Below, piece by piece: positions 36,931 to 47,046 of a DNA stretch of 64,000 nucleotides. Below the pieces are notes generated by a model. The model did not search any database, was not told where the DNA came from, and saw only the letters and a program-made list of their open reading frames with translations. Position 1 is the stretch's first letter. Every line of letters begins with the position of its first letter. The stretch spans positions 7,468 to 71,467 of the forward strand of contig JBHICH010000002.1 in NCBI GenBank assembly GCA_046759465.1. The letters run 5' to 3'. Origin of the DNA: Nitrososphaerales archaeon (lineage in GTDB: Archaea > Thermoproteota > Nitrososphaeria > Nitrososphaerales > UBA213). Position numbers and translations under genes: made by a program.

Positions 36931-38334
36931 CTACCTTACTTCCATAGGCTCAGCGACTCCCTGCTTCTTTCTGTATTTGGCTATGAACTCGGGTCTGATT
37001 CGCTTCATCTCTGATTCCGAGAGCTCATCGAGGACCTCCCACCCAATATCAAGAGTCTGTTCTATAGACCGATCCTCGTCCAATGCTTGGTTTACGAACT
37101 TGCCCTCAAAGATGGAAGCTATTCTCAGGAACTTTCTATCGATTTCACTAAGTGCCTCTTCACCAACGATGGCCGAGAGAGCCCTAGAGTCCTTGCCTTG
37201 AGCGTATGATGCGTAGAGCTGATCCGCCAGACCTCTATGTTCCTCTCTTGTTTGTCCCCTACCTATACCTCGATTCATAAGACGAGAAAGGCTGGGCAAA
37301 ACATCAACAGGCGGATAGATGTCGGACCTATGCAGTTCTCTGCTCATTACCAGTTGTCCTTCTGTGATGTAACCAGTCAGATCAGGAATAGGATGGGTGA
37401 TATCATCAGCTGGCATCGTGAGGATGGGGATCTGAGTAATCGAGCCTTTCCTACCCTTTATCCTACCAGCGCGTTCATAAATAGTTGCCAAGTCTGTGTA
37501 CATATAGCCTGGATAACCACGCCTTCCAGGCACTTCTTCACGAGCTGCGGAAATCTCTCTTAGGGCTTCGCAGTAATTGGTCATATCCGTCAATATAACA
37601 AGAACATGCATTTCGCGTTCATATGCTAGAAATTCAGCAGTTGTCAAAGCCATTCTTGGAGTAAGAATACGTTCCATCGATGGATCGGATGATAGGTTAA
37701 GGAATAGAACCGTTCTCCCCAGGGCCCCTGTTTCCTCAAACTGCCTTATGAAGAAGTTTGCCTCCTCGCTTGTGATTCCCATTGCAGCGAAAACAACAGC
37801 AAAGCTCTCCGAGGTTCCAAGAACCTTGGCTTGCCTCGCAATCTGAGCTGCAAAGAGATTATGTGGAAGACCTGATGCCGAGAATATTGGAAGCTTCTGA
37901 CCCCTTACCAAGGTATTCATTCCATCAACGTTAGACATTCCTGTCTGTATGAACTCCGAAGGCTCTTCCCTTGAGTATGGATTTATCCCTGAACCAACCA
38001 AGTCATGCTTCTCCTTAGATATGATCTTAGGTCCAGCATCTCTGGGGTTACCCAGACCATCGAAGACCCTTCCTAGCATCTCATCCGAAACCGCCAGTCG
38101 AGCGGTCTCGCCAAGGAACCTTACTGAGGTTCCAGCAATGCTCATCCCCAAAGTCGGCCCAAAGACTTGGACCACTGCTAATCCTTGTCTCGAATCTAGA
38201 ACCTGACCTTGGCGCCTCTCCCCACTAGGAAGCTTTATTTCTACCATCTCACCAAAAGCTGCATTCTTCACACCCTCTACAAAAACCAGGGGACCTGCGA
38301 TATTCGATATAGTCTTGTAGGCTATCGATGACAT
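36931..38334 (-). CDS. atpB: A/V-type ATPase subunit B
   Basis: 467 aa, non-catalytic B-subunit pattern '[19 protein letters not shown]'. Confidence 0.95.
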   Translation of the reverse strand: MSSIAYKTISNIAGPLVFVEGVKNAAFGEMVEIKLPSGERRQGQVLDSRQGLAVVQVFGPTLGMSIAGTSVRFLGETARLAVSDEMLGRVFDGLGNPRDAGPKIISKEKHDLVGSGINPYSREEPSEFIQTGMSNVDGMNTLVRGQKLPIFSASGLPHNLFAAQIARQAKVLGTSESFAVVFAAMGITSEEANFFIRQFEETGALGRTVLFLNLSSDPSMERILTPRMALTTAEFLAYEREMHVLVILTDMTNYCEALREISAAREEVPGRRGYPGYMYTDLATIYERAGRIKGRKGSITQIPILTMPADDITHPIPDLTGYITEGQLVMSRELHRSDIYPPVDVLPSLSRLMNRGIGRGQTREEHRGLADQLYASYAQGKDSRALSAIVGEEALSEIDRKFLRIASIFEGKFVNQALDEDRSIEQTLDIGWEVLDELSESEMKRIRPEFIAKYRKKQGVAEPMEVR

Positions 38335-40109
38335 CAGGCAGCCACCTCCTGTAGTAGCTTGCCAAGCTGCTCTTCCATATCCTTCCTGATCAGATTAACC
38401 AACTCTTCCGTCTCCTCTTCACGAGTCCACTTGATTCTAGATATCTTGTTTTTTACCTCCAACGCACTAACTTGTGACGCCTGAGCACCCTGCTTTATTG
38501 CCTGCATCTCCTTCCTACCGAACTCAAGAATTGTGGAGAGCATCAGATACTGTTTTTTGATCGATGTATACGTGTCTACCTCGTCATAAGCACTCTGTTG
38601 CAAGTAGTCCTCTCTTATCGAGCGAGCAGTATCTAGAATCCCCTTCTGGGGTTCTGGTAACGCATCAAATCCTACAAGCTGAACAATCTCTTGGAGTTCA
38701 GATTCCCTCTGCAGTATCTCCAAAGCTTCCTTACGTAGATCTATCCAGTCCTTGGCAACACCCTTCCTGTACCAATCACTCATCTCGTCCACGTAAAGGG
38801 AATAGCTTGTCAGCCAGTTGATGGAAGGAAAGTGTCTCCTAGAAGCCAAACTCGCATCAAGTGCCCAAAATACCCTTGTCACTCTGAGAGTGTTCTGCGA
38901 TACAGGCTCAGAAAAGTCCCCGCCGGGAGGTGAGACTGCTCCAACTACGGTCACGGAGCCTATGCGTTCCTCTGGCGAAATGACCACAACTTTGCCTCCC
39001 CTCTCATAAAATTCGGCCAGTCTTCGCCCCAGATAGGCTGGATATCCTTCCTCGCCAGGCATCTCTTCCATCCTTCCAGAGATCTCCCTCAGTGCTTCAG
39101 CCCACCTAGAGGTGCTGTCGGCCATCAGTGCCACATCAAATCCCATGTCCCGATAGTATTCGGCCATTGTTATTCCCGTATAGATACTCGCCTCCCGGGC
39201 CGCAACTGGCATATTAGAAGTATTAGCGATAAGAATTGTACGCTCCATCAACGGACGTTTTGACTTGGGGTCTTCGAGCTCTGGAAATGTGGCAAGAACC
39301 TCAGCCATTTCATTTCCTCTTTCGCCACATCCTACATATACGATCACGCTGCTATCGGCCCACTTCGAAAGCTGCTGCTGAGTGACCGTCTTGCCACTGC
39401 CAAAGGGACCTGGGATCGCGGCATTACCACCTTTAGCAACCGGAAAGAACGTGTCAAGGATACGTTGTCCAGTTACAAGTGGAGCTTCTGGCGGAAGTTT
39501 TCGCAAAACTGGTCGAGCAGTACGAACCCGCCACCGACTAGACAAACCAACATCCACCTTTCCATTAGCATTTTGGATTGTTGCCACAGTCTCCTTCACC
39601 GTAAACTGCCCTTCCCTTATATCTACAAGCTGACCCTTAACAGCAAAGGGAACCATGATCCTGTGCCTAATGAGAGGAGTTTCCTGAACCTCCCCCAGAA
39701 CTTCTCCAGGGGAGACATCTTCACCCTTCTTCTTAACTGGAATGAATTCCCATCTCTTCTCCTCATTGAGAGCAGCGATAGCATATCCTCGGCTGATGAA
39801 GTCCCCACCTTGCTTTCTCAAAACATCAAGCGGTCTTTGAATCCCATCATAGATTGAGGTAAGAAGTCCAGGTCCCAATTCGAGAGAGAGGGCTTGCTTG
39901 GTATTGACAACCCTATCTCCCGGTCTCAAACCTGTCGTATCTTCATATACCTGAATACTTGCTCTACTCCCTTCCAGGCGGATTATCTCTCCTACGAGAC
40001 CAACTTCGCCGATCCGCACTACGTCGTACATCTGCGCTCCCTCGAGACCACTGGCGATTACCACCGGCCCTGAGATTCTATTTACTATCGAGTCCATTAT
40101 TTCATTCAC
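38334..40109 (-). CDS. atpA: A/V-type ATPase catalytic subunit A
   Basis: Walker A 'GPFGSGKTV'. 591 aa and contiguous, with no intein-sized insertion. Confidence 0.95.
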   Translation of the reverse strand: MNEIMDSIVNRISGPVVIASGLEGAQMYDVVRIGEVGLVGEIIRLEGSRASIQVYEDTTGLRPGDRVVNTKQALSLELGPGLLTSIYDGIQRPLDVLRKQGGDFISRGYAIAALNEEKRWEFIPVKKKGEDVSPGEVLGEVQETPLIRHRIMVPFAVKGQLVDIREGQFTVKETVATIQNANGKVDVGLSSRWRVRTARPVLRKLPPEAPLVTGQRILDTFFPVAKGGNAAIPGPFGSGKTVTQQQLSKWADSSVIVYVGCGERGNEMAEVLATFPELEDPKSKRPLMERTILIANTSNMPVAAREASIYTGITMAEYYRDMGFDVALMADSTSRWAEALREISGRMEEMPGEEGYPAYLGRRLAEFYERGGKVVVISPEERIGSVTVVGAVSPPGGDFSEPVSQNTLRVTRVFWALDASLASRRHFPSINWLTSYSLYVDEMSDWYRKGVAKDWIDLRKEALEILQRESELQEIVQLVGFDALPEPQKGILDTARSIREDYLQQSAYDEVDTYTSIKKQYLMLSTILEFGRKEMQAIKQGAQASQVSALEVKNKISRIKWTREEETEELVNLIRKDMEEQLGKLLQEVAA

Positions 40110-40464
40110 CCATTTTGATATCTACTCCGAGAACCCGCCTCGCCAGATCTGATATAGATTCTTCCTTTATACCTTCCCGAAGTGAAGGCATAAAGATCAC
40201 CAGTGGCTCTATTGATGCCTCAACTTTAGCCCTGAAGGCTGGGGAGAGTGCATCGCGGACGGATTGGCTCGCCACGATAAGACCGAAGTCATTTGAATAA
40301 AAAAGTTTCTGCATTACCTGAACGGCTTCTTCCCCTGCAGCAATATAAGTATCGTCTATCCCCAAAAGACGATACCCTATCACCAGCTCCCGGTCTCCCA
40401 CTACAGCTATCCTTCCAGTTCCAATGGTTTTGGGTTTGGCAGGCATTTTCTCACCCAAATACAA
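40102..40464 (-). CDS. atpF: A/V-type ATPase subunit F
   Basis: 'IAVVGDRELVIGYRLLGI'. 120 aa. Confidence 0.85.
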   Translation of the reverse strand: MYLGEKMPAKPKTIGTGRIAVVGDRELVIGYRLLGIDDTYIAAGEEAVQVMQKLFYSNDFGLIVASQSVRDALSPAFRAKVEASIEPLVIFMPSLREGIKEESISDLARRVLGVDIKMGE

Positions 40465-41518
40465 GTATGGAGCTTATGCGCTCCACTGGCAGATTATAAT
40501 GCTTTCCATAAACTATCTTACGAATATTCTCCCGCTCTAGCTCTGCCAACATAACGAAATAAAATATAGTTCCAATAGAAAGAGGAAGGGTCTTCAACCT
40601 CTTGAAGTACATCTCACTTATAACTTTGTCAACAGCTGCCTCAAAGTCAGTTAACCTTCTGGTCTTCTTATACTGCTCGAATCCTTCTCCCAACTTGTAA
40701 AAGGTGTCAATATTTCTAGCAAGTTCCTCTACGTTCTTAGCCATGTACATTTCTCCCAATTGGCCTGTAGGAATGTTTCCGCCTTCGATAAGGTGTTGAA
40801 TGACTACTTCCTTTTCTAGGTTAGTCTCTTTAGCCTTCAAAAGGCTAAGAATATTCTTCTTGTCTATTTCGGCCCTAATCAGCTCCCTAATGACAGCCTC
40901 ATCGCCTTGAAAGAACTTGAGAGCCTCAAGAAGTGTAGAGTAATAGTAACCTTGTAAGGCCGCCATCATTGGACCAAGATCAGCAGTTTTTTGATACTGT
41001 CCCAAGTACTGCATCAATACAGTCCCGTAGCCATACCGAACCAATTGGTTAACTACGGCTTCGACAGAAGGTTGGGATAGCAGGATCTTGATCTCGTCAT
41101 GGGGAATATTTCCACCTGAAACTCCAGCAGGTAAGTTACGATTAGACACCAAAAAATGTTCCGTCTCTGTAATGGTCTTTCCCAGACTCTTTGACGAGAG
41201 AACAAGCTCAATGTTTTGAATGTCCCACTTGGCCAAGTAGGCCCTGATTGCAGATTTCCCGCTAAAAGGTGAAGCCTCCATAGCGATCCTGTTGACTCCC
41301 ACCAGATGACGATTGAGGGCTACCTCAACAAGCTCTGGGGGTTTGTAGAGTGATGCAGCCTTCTCGATTTCAGGGCCATACCAAGTGGACGCCAACTGCT
41401 TAACAATTTCACTGACATCTCTAGCTCGAAGAAGATTCTGCATGTAGTCCTTAGAGAGAAAGTTTAGGGAGAGCGCCTGCAATCTACCAAAGGAGGCAGA
41501 ATATGGAGATGTAGGCAC
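40451..41518 (-). CDS. atpC: A/V-type ATPase subunit C (d-like)
   Basis: 355-aa all-helical protein located between atpE and atpF. Confidence 0.85.
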   Translation of the reverse strand: MPTSPYSASFGRLQALSLNFLSKDYMQNLLRARDVSEIVKQLASTWYGPEIEKAASLYKPPELVEVALNRHLVGVNRIAMEASPFSGKSAIRAYLAKWDIQNIELVLSSKSLGKTITETEHFLVSNRNLPAGVSGGNIPHDEIKILLSQPSVEAVVNQLVRYGYGTVLMQYLGQYQKTADLGPMMAALQGYYYSTLLEALKFFQGDEAVIRELIRAEIDKKNILSLLKAKETNLEKEVVIQHLIEGGNIPTGQLGEMYMAKNVEELARNIDTFYKLGEGFEQYKKTRRLTDFEAAVDKVISEMYFKRLKTLPLSIGTIFYFVMLAELERENIRKIVYGKHYNLPVERISSILVFG

Positions 41519-41521
41519 TGG

Positions 41522-42079
41522 CTATCCCTTCCCAAGAAGATTAGCTCGAAGCTCTTCTTCATGCGTTCGGAGAAGTTCTTCAAAAGTGAAATTGAGCTCC
41601 AAAGTCCTTTGCTTGTTCTCCACTATTATTCCTCCTAGAGTCTGAATAGGATTGTTGCTTACAGTGACACCGATACCTTTCAGAAGGTGGCGATCCTCTT
41701 GTCTGCAGTGAACCAACACATCTTGACCCAGCCTCTTCTTGGAGACATTAATCATTTCTTCGAGCGTCCTTTTGTACTGGGTATTTTTAGTATAATTCTT
41801 GAGATCCTGTCTGATCACACCGAAGGCAGAATCCAAGTTTGCATCAATAGCCTGAAAGATTATTCGTTTTGCCTGCAGACGTGCTGCCTCTACGATCCTA
41901 GTCGCCTCCCTTTCTGATTTAAGGTGAGCCTGCCTCTTATAACGTTCATTTAACTCCTGAACCCTTGCATTCCTGTCTCGAAGCAAAGCCTCCTTCCTTT
42001 CAGCTAATTCCCTATCCAGTGCTTCTAACTCTCTTCTCTTGCGATTCTCGATCTCTCTAAGGAAGGTCTCCGAGCTCAA
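41522..42079 (-). CDS. atpE: A/V-type ATPase subunit E
   Basis: 185 aa. N-terminal long charged helix plus a C-terminal globular domain. Confidence 0.85.
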   Translation of the reverse strand: MSSETFLREIENRKRRELEALDRELAERKEALLRDRNARVQELNERYKRQAHLKSEREATRIVEAARLQAKRIIFQAIDANLDSAFGVIRQDLKNYTKNTQYKRTLEEMINVSKKRLGQDVLVHCRQEDRHLLKGIGVTVSNNPIQTLGGIIVENKQRTLELNFTFEELLRTHEEELRANLLGKG

Positions 42080-42091
42080 TACAATTTCACT

Positions 42092-42310
42092 TTAAAGTAT
42101 GTCAAGCAGGAGGATTATTCCCAACACGAAACCAATGATCCAGAGGGTTTCAGGAATGACGAAGAAGAACAAAACCTGACCAAACTTTTCTGGTTTCTCC
42201 GCTATTATGCCCATACCGGCGGCACCAATGCCTTGCTGCGCGTTACCTGTACCTATCAACCCTCCGGCTATCGCAATAGCTGCTGCAACTGCTAATAATG
42301 GGTCTGCCAT
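42092..42310 (-). CDS. atpK: A/V-type ATPase proteolipid c/K subunit, single hairpin (ATG at 42310; ORF track uses TTG at 42322)
   Basis: Two TM helices with 'GNAQQGIGAAG' and 'VIPETLWIIG' (carboxylate in helix 2). Confidence 0.9.
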   Translation of the reverse strand: MADPLLAVAAAIAIAGGLIGTGNAQQGIGAAGMGIIAEKPEKFGQVLFFFVIPETLWIIGFVLGIILLLDIL

Positions 42311-42334
42311 TCCAGATAGCAATTTTTGTGAGCC

Positions 42335-42343
42335 TTATATTAA
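42335..42343 (-). promoter_or_regulatory. TATA-like box (TTAATATAA on the minus strand) 25-33 nt upstream of the atpK ATG
   Basis: The spacing fits a leaderless or near-leaderless archaeal promoter. Confidence 0.35.
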
Positions 42344-42524
42344 TTTTTAGTATACCAATTCTTACAATACTAGAATCTTAATAATGGCTGTGTCAAGTTT
42401 GGTGATGTCAAAAATAGATGTTAAAGTTGCCGTGCTTTTCTGGTAAGTTTGGGAATTTAGAATAATACAAATTTATGAAAAAAGCAGTCAATTTATTAGT
42501 TGGATATCAAACGATATTGTCGTA

Positions 42525-42767
42525 TTGGAAATAAGATGCCCGCGATGTTTGTGCAGAAAATATCGTGTAAGGTCTGCTTACTTTGCGATATGTTATGACT
42601 GCGGTAAGTGGTACCTAACAACCCCTAGCAGGATGCTCTTCAGACCTAAGTTCGTGAACCCCCAGCAGAGAAAGTTTTACTTGATAACGAGGGTATTCAA
42701 GATTGTCAACATTACAGTTGCTGTTATAGTACTGTTGTTCATACTAAGATCCGTCTTGGGAGATTGA
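42525..42767 (+). CDS. Hypothetical zinc-ribbon + C-terminal TM protein; TTG start
   Basis: 'CPRC...CYDCG' followed by the hydrophobic 'ITVAVIVLLFIL'. Confidence 0.35.
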   Translation: MEIRCPRCLCRKYRVRSAYFAICYDCGKWYLTTPSRMLFRPKFVNPQQRKFYLITRVFKIVNITVAVIVLLFILRSVLGD

Positions 42768-42818
42768 AGTTATCGTAGTTTTCCTTCAAAACGCCTATTT
42801 ATCTAAGATAATCTTTCA

Positions 42819-43310
42819 TTAGTAAATTAGTTCGCTAACATTCAAAATCCTAGAACAGTATCTGCACTTCAAAGTTTGTTTTGACTTGTCTATAACATCT
42901 ATAATTACAACGATGTCTTCCTTGCTGTTTGTAACACACTTTGGGTTCGAGCACTTGAAGATTCCTACAAATGTGTCTGGGAGCTCAACCTTCCTCTTTT
43001 CAACCACCTTGTAATCTCGTATTATATTGATTGTAGCCTTTGGTGCTAGAAGTGCGAGTTTGTTTGTTTCATTTGACTCCAGGAACTTGTTTTCTACCTT
43101 GATTATATCCTTTCTCTTAAGCTTGCTGCTGGGCACATTCATGGCGACCGTAATCACACTACCTTCCTTTCCAGTAATGTTTAATGCCTTGAGGACAATG
43201 AGCGCCATCCCAGCGTCTATGTGATCGATCACAGTGCCACCCTTAATTCTTCTCACAAGAAGTTGAGCTTCAGACATGGGAATACTTTGTATATGTCCGT
43301 TTATAACCAT
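42819..43310 (-). CDS. pyrI: Aspartate carbamoyltransferase regulatory chain (likely start at Met12, 43277)
   Basis: 'GTVIDHIDAG' and the C-terminal Zn site 'CSNPKC...CRYC'. Confidence 0.9.
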   Translation of the reverse strand: MVINGHIQSIPMSEAQLLVRRIKGGTVIDHIDAGMALIVLKALNITGKEGSVITVAMNVPSSKLKRKDIIKVENKFLESNETNKLALLAPKATINIIRDYKVVEKRKVELPDTFVGIFKCSNPKCVTNSKEDIVVIIDVIDKSKQTLKCRYCSRILNVSELIY

Positions 43311-43326
43311 ATTGTAGGTAGAAGCT

Positions 43327-44256
43327 ATGAAGAACCCCTTCTATGGTAGGGACGTAGTTTCGATCAAAGAGTTCAAAAGAGAAGATCTGAATTTTCTTTT
43401 CAAATCAACTGAAAGATTGAGCAAATTGAAGGCGAATGAAAAAGGGGAACTTGCTATAGGAAGGATCCTAGGATACCTGTTCTTTGAGCCGAGCACAAGA
43501 ACGAGATTAAGTTTCGAAGCTGCAATGGCATCTATAGGGGGCAGCTCACTTGGAATCACAGATGTAAAATCGTCATCCCTGGAAAAAGGAGAGAGCCTTT
43601 CAGATACGGTTAGAGTGATTGATCATTATTCAGATATCATACTGTTAAGACATCAGTTGGATGGTTCGAGCAGGTTTGCTGCCGAAGTAGCGCAGAAGCC
43701 AATGATAAATGCTGGTAGTGGAACCGAAGAACACCCTACACAGGCGATGGTCGACCTCTACACAATATCAAAGGAGAAAAATAGGATAGATGGGTTGAAG
43801 ATTGGTATAATTGGAGATCTAAAGTATGGTAGAACCGTTTACTCCTTGCTGTATGGTTTAACAAATTACAGCGTAGAAATTCATCTTATTGCTCCTCCAT
43901 TATTGAAGATAAGGAAACAATCAATTTACGAAATAGAGAACAAGATCAAGATCCAAGATCACGAAGTTCTTAGCGATGTTTTGAGCAAACTGGATGTGAT
44001 CTATGTTACAAGGATTCAGCGAGAAAGGTTCCCAGATGCGCAGGAGTACGAAAAGGTGAAGGGAAGTTACATAATAGATTCAAAGGTGCTGGAGGGTGCA
44101 AAAAGCGATGCTATCGTAATGCACCCACTGCCCAGACTGGATGAGGTGGGGCATGATGTTGATAGTAAATCAAGTGCAAAGTACTTCAAGCAGGTAGCTT
44201 ATGGTAAGGATGTTAGAGCAACACTGCTTGCAGTTGTGCTTAATGAAGAAGTTTAA
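43327..44256 (+). CDS. pyrB: Aspartate carbamoyltransferase catalytic chain
   Basis: 'STRTRLSFE', 'EHPTQ', 'HPLPR'. Confidence 0.95.
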   Translation: MKNPFYGRDVVSIKEFKREDLNFLFKSTERLSKLKANEKGELAIGRILGYLFFEPSTRTRLSFEAAMASIGGSSLGITDVKSSSLEKGESLSDTVRVIDHYSDIILLRHQLDGSSRFAAEVAQKPMINAGSGTEEHPTQAMVDLYTISKEKNRIDGLKIGIIGDLKYGRTVYSLLYGLTNYSVEIHLIAPPLLKIRKQSIYEIENKIKIQDHEVLSDVLSKLDVIYVTRIQRERFPDAQEYEKVKGSYIIDSKVLEGAKSDAIVMHPLPRLDEVGHDVDSKSSAKYFKQVAYGKDVRATLLAVVLNEEV

Positions 44257-44273
44257 AACAAAATCAAGGCAGA

Positions 44274-46940
44274 TTAACCAGATACGCAGCTGCTCCAGCC
44301 ACACTCAACACAGCTGCTGCATCCTTCTATGTATATGACTTTTCCATTACACAATGGACACGGTTCTATCTCTGTTTGTGCTTGTGGTTTCATCACTCTT
44401 TGCACATACTCTTGACCGTTCTTCCTTTCTGCCACCTTGATCACTTTCTCTACTTCTTTGTAGATAAACTCATCCTTGATATTGTTCTTTATGTAATCTA
44501 CAACGTAATCACTTGGCAGAATATCGAATCTTTTCTCTTTCGAATCACTTGTTATATGCAATACCTGCTGGTGTCTTGATCCGTCCCTAAATACAGTGAC
44601 TCCCTTTAGGCCTAGCTCGTGCGAAAGTAAGTATGAGCACTTGACATCATCTGCAGTTACATCATTCGGCATGTTTATCGTCTTTGCAATTGCATTGCTT
44701 ACCCACCGCTGCCAAACAGCTTGGGCCATCAAGTGATCTGCCCAATGAACATCGATCGCAGTAACGAATACTCTCTGTATCCATTCTGGTATGCCATCTA
44801 AAGCTCTTATTGAGCCATAATTCTGTGATATTTTCTCCAGCAATTCATCGCTGTAAAGTCCTTGCACCTTGAGCATATCTTCGAACACCTTGTCTGTGTA
44901 GAAAAATCTGCCTACTGTAACTCTCTTTTCATAAACCAATGCAAACATAGGCTCCACTCCGTTTGATGTATCTGCAATCATAGAAAGTGTTCCAGTTGGA
45001 GCAACTGTAGTTGTTTGCGAGTGCCTCATTCCAAAGCGCATTATCTTGTCTATCAAAGAGTCCCAGTCATACGAGTGCTGGCTCTTTGGAACTTCGTAAT
45101 AACCAGCTATTGGTATCTTTCCATACACATATTCGGATTCGTTGAACAACGGAAATGCACCTCTGTTCCTAGCAATCTGAACGCTCTCCTCGATGCTATA
45201 GTATGACAACGCTTCTGCAAGCTTTGACATAAACTCGTATCCTTCTTTTGAGTTGTATGGTATCTTCAGTATGTAAAATAGATCTGCGAGTCCCATTATC
45301 CCCAAACCAATTCTTCTTGTTAATTTGCTTGCAACATCGATTTCTGGAACGGGATACTTGTTCGAATCAATAATGTTGTCAAGGAATCTTGTTGTAAGTC
45401 TTATTACTTGCTCATACCTCTGCCAGTCAAATTCAAATTCTCCATCAGCTCTTCGCTTGACAAAGTTTGCCAAATTAATCGATCCAAGGTTGCATGATTC
45501 ATATGGATACAGACTTTGCTCTCCACACGGATTTGTTGCTCTGATAAATCCTTGGGCTCTCTTCATGACATTGTACCTGTTCATGATGTCAAAGAACAGA
45601 ACGCCGGGCTCTGCGCTCTGCCATGCACTTAATGCAATAAGATCGATCAACTGGTTTGCATCGATGAAATTTACGATCTGCCCAGTTCTCGGGTTCTTTA
45701 ATGGATACTTACTCTTGTTCTTTATAGCGTCCCACAAGTCTTCCCAGATACCAACGCTTACATTGAAGTTTTCAAACACACCTGGCTTTGTTTTTGCAGT
45801 GACAAACTTTTCGATGTCTGGATGCCAAGCCTCTAGTATTCCCATGTTGGCTCCTCTCCTCTTCCCGCCTTGCTTCACAACTTCTGTTACAGTATCTATG
45901 ATCTGCATGAATGATGTTGGTCCCGACGCAACGCCAGATGTTGATGCAACAATGTCACCTTCAGGTCTTAGGTTGGAGTAGTTGATACCAACACCTCCTC
46001 CAGATTTGAAGATCAGCGCAGCATCTGTCGATGACTTCATTATGCTGTACATATCATCTCTCATATCTAGCACAAAGCATGCAGACAGTTGTCCAAGCCT
46101 TGCGCCAGCATTCATAATAGTTGGTGAATTTGGTAGAAAGTCCCTGTCTACCATTAGACTATTGTATTCCTCTACTCTTTTTGCATAATCATCGAACTTG
46201 CCGTCTTCAAACATTCTTAGCAATTCGCTTACGCTTACCTTCATCTGACCCTGCCCTGATAGATCCTTGTAGATCATAAGCAGAGATTCAATATGCCATT
46301 TGTTCAGAGTGTATGGTCCGATCTTGAACCTCTTATCCAGTTCATTTAATCTGCCTAGATAGTCGTTAAGCTCTTCGATACTCTGCTTTACACCTGCCTT
46401 AAGACCAAATACCCTCTGGTCCCTCATTACATCTGGCAAGGTTACCAGAATTGCTACGCGTTCAAATACTTGCTTTGGACTCTCAACTATCCTGCCATTT
46501 TCATCTCTTAGCAGGTATCTCGATGCAAGCACACGCAAGGAGTTTACATCGAAGGCCTTGTCTACCTCATCTAGAGAGGTTCGCTCAAGGACCTTCATCT
46601 TCTCCTCCCTTACCTTTCTCCTTTCGTGCCTGTAAAGGATGTATGCCTTTGCAGTTTCCGATAGACCTTCTTCGATCAAGACGGATTCTACGATGTCCTG
46701 AACATCTTCAACACTTGGCACATCGGCCTCGTCATAGCCCTGCTGAACAAGCCTTTGCACAGTTTTGCTTGTTAGCCTATCCGCCAACGGATAGTCAGCT
46801 CTATTGGTTGCAACAAGTGCTTTGTAAATAGCGTTTGATATCTTCGATGCTTTAAAGTCGACAACCCTGCCATCCCTCTTTCTTATCTTGTTTATTACAG
46901 TAGATACGTCTGATCTGAAAGTATCAGTAGTTCCCGCCAT
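44274..46940 (-). CDS. nrdJ: Class II (adenosylcobalamin-dependent) ribonucleotide reductase with N-terminal ATP-cone
   Basis: ATP-cone 'IRKRDGRVVDFKASKI...'. 'TNPCGEQSLYPYESCNLGSINL'. C-terminal CxxC...CxxC tail. 888 aa with no intein-sized insertion. Confidence 0.9.
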   Translation of the reverse strand: MAGTTDTFRSDVSTVINKIRKRDGRVVDFKASKISNAIYKALVATNRADYPLADRLTSKTVQRLVQQGYDEADVPSVEDVQDIVESVLIEEGLSETAKAYILYRHERRKVREEKMKVLERTSLDEVDKAFDVNSLRVLASRYLLRDENGRIVESPKQVFERVAILVTLPDVMRDQRVFGLKAGVKQSIEELNDYLGRLNELDKRFKIGPYTLNKWHIESLLMIYKDLSGQGQMKVSVSELLRMFEDGKFDDYAKRVEEYNSLMVDRDFLPNSPTIMNAGARLGQLSACFVLDMRDDMYSIMKSSTDAALIFKSGGGVGINYSNLRPEGDIVASTSGVASGPTSFMQIIDTVTEVVKQGGKRRGANMGILEAWHPDIEKFVTAKTKPGVFENFNVSVGIWEDLWDAIKNKSKYPLKNPRTGQIVNFIDANQLIDLIALSAWQSAEPGVLFFDIMNRYNVMKRAQGFIRATNPCGEQSLYPYESCNLGSINLANFVKRRADGEFEFDWQRYEQVIRLTTRFLDNIIDSNKYPVPEIDVASKLTRRIGLGIMGLADLFYILKIPYNSKEGYEFMSKLAEALSYYSIEESVQIARNRGAFPLFNESEYVYGKIPIAGYYEVPKSQHSYDWDSLIDKIMRFGMRHSQTTTVAPTGTLSMIADTSNGVEPMFALVYEKRVTVGRFFYTDKVFEDMLKVQGLYSDELLEKISQNYGSIRALDGIPEWIQRVFVTAIDVHWADHLMAQAVWQRWVSNAIAKTINMPNDVTADDVKCSYLLSHELGLKGVTVFRDGSRHQQVLHITSDSKEKRFDILPSDYVVDYIKNNIKDEFIYKEVEKVIKVAERKNGQEYVQRVMKPQAQTEIEPCPLCNGKVIYIEGCSSCVECGWSSCVSG

Positions 46941-47046
46941 CCCCTCTTACTTAGTTATGATCAGCTTCTTAAGGCTTACTAAATTTTTATGAACTCATAG
47001 CGGTCAAAAAAGTTTGCTTCCACATCTATTGACAAAAAGATGAATG

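Noticed and set aside
38334-46940. Inteins in AtpA (38334-40109) or the class II RNR (44274-46940), both common intein hosts in archaea.
   Set aside because: Both proteins are of normal length (591 and 888 aa). Their conserved motifs are contiguous and no Hint/LAGLIDADG-like insertion is present.
46941-47046. Direct repeats CTTACTTAG / CTTACTAAA in the nrdJ upstream region as a possible operator for the wHTH-ATP-cone protein.
   Set aside because: The repeats are short, imperfect and AT-rich, so they could easily occur by chance. The region is noted only as a place to test binding.
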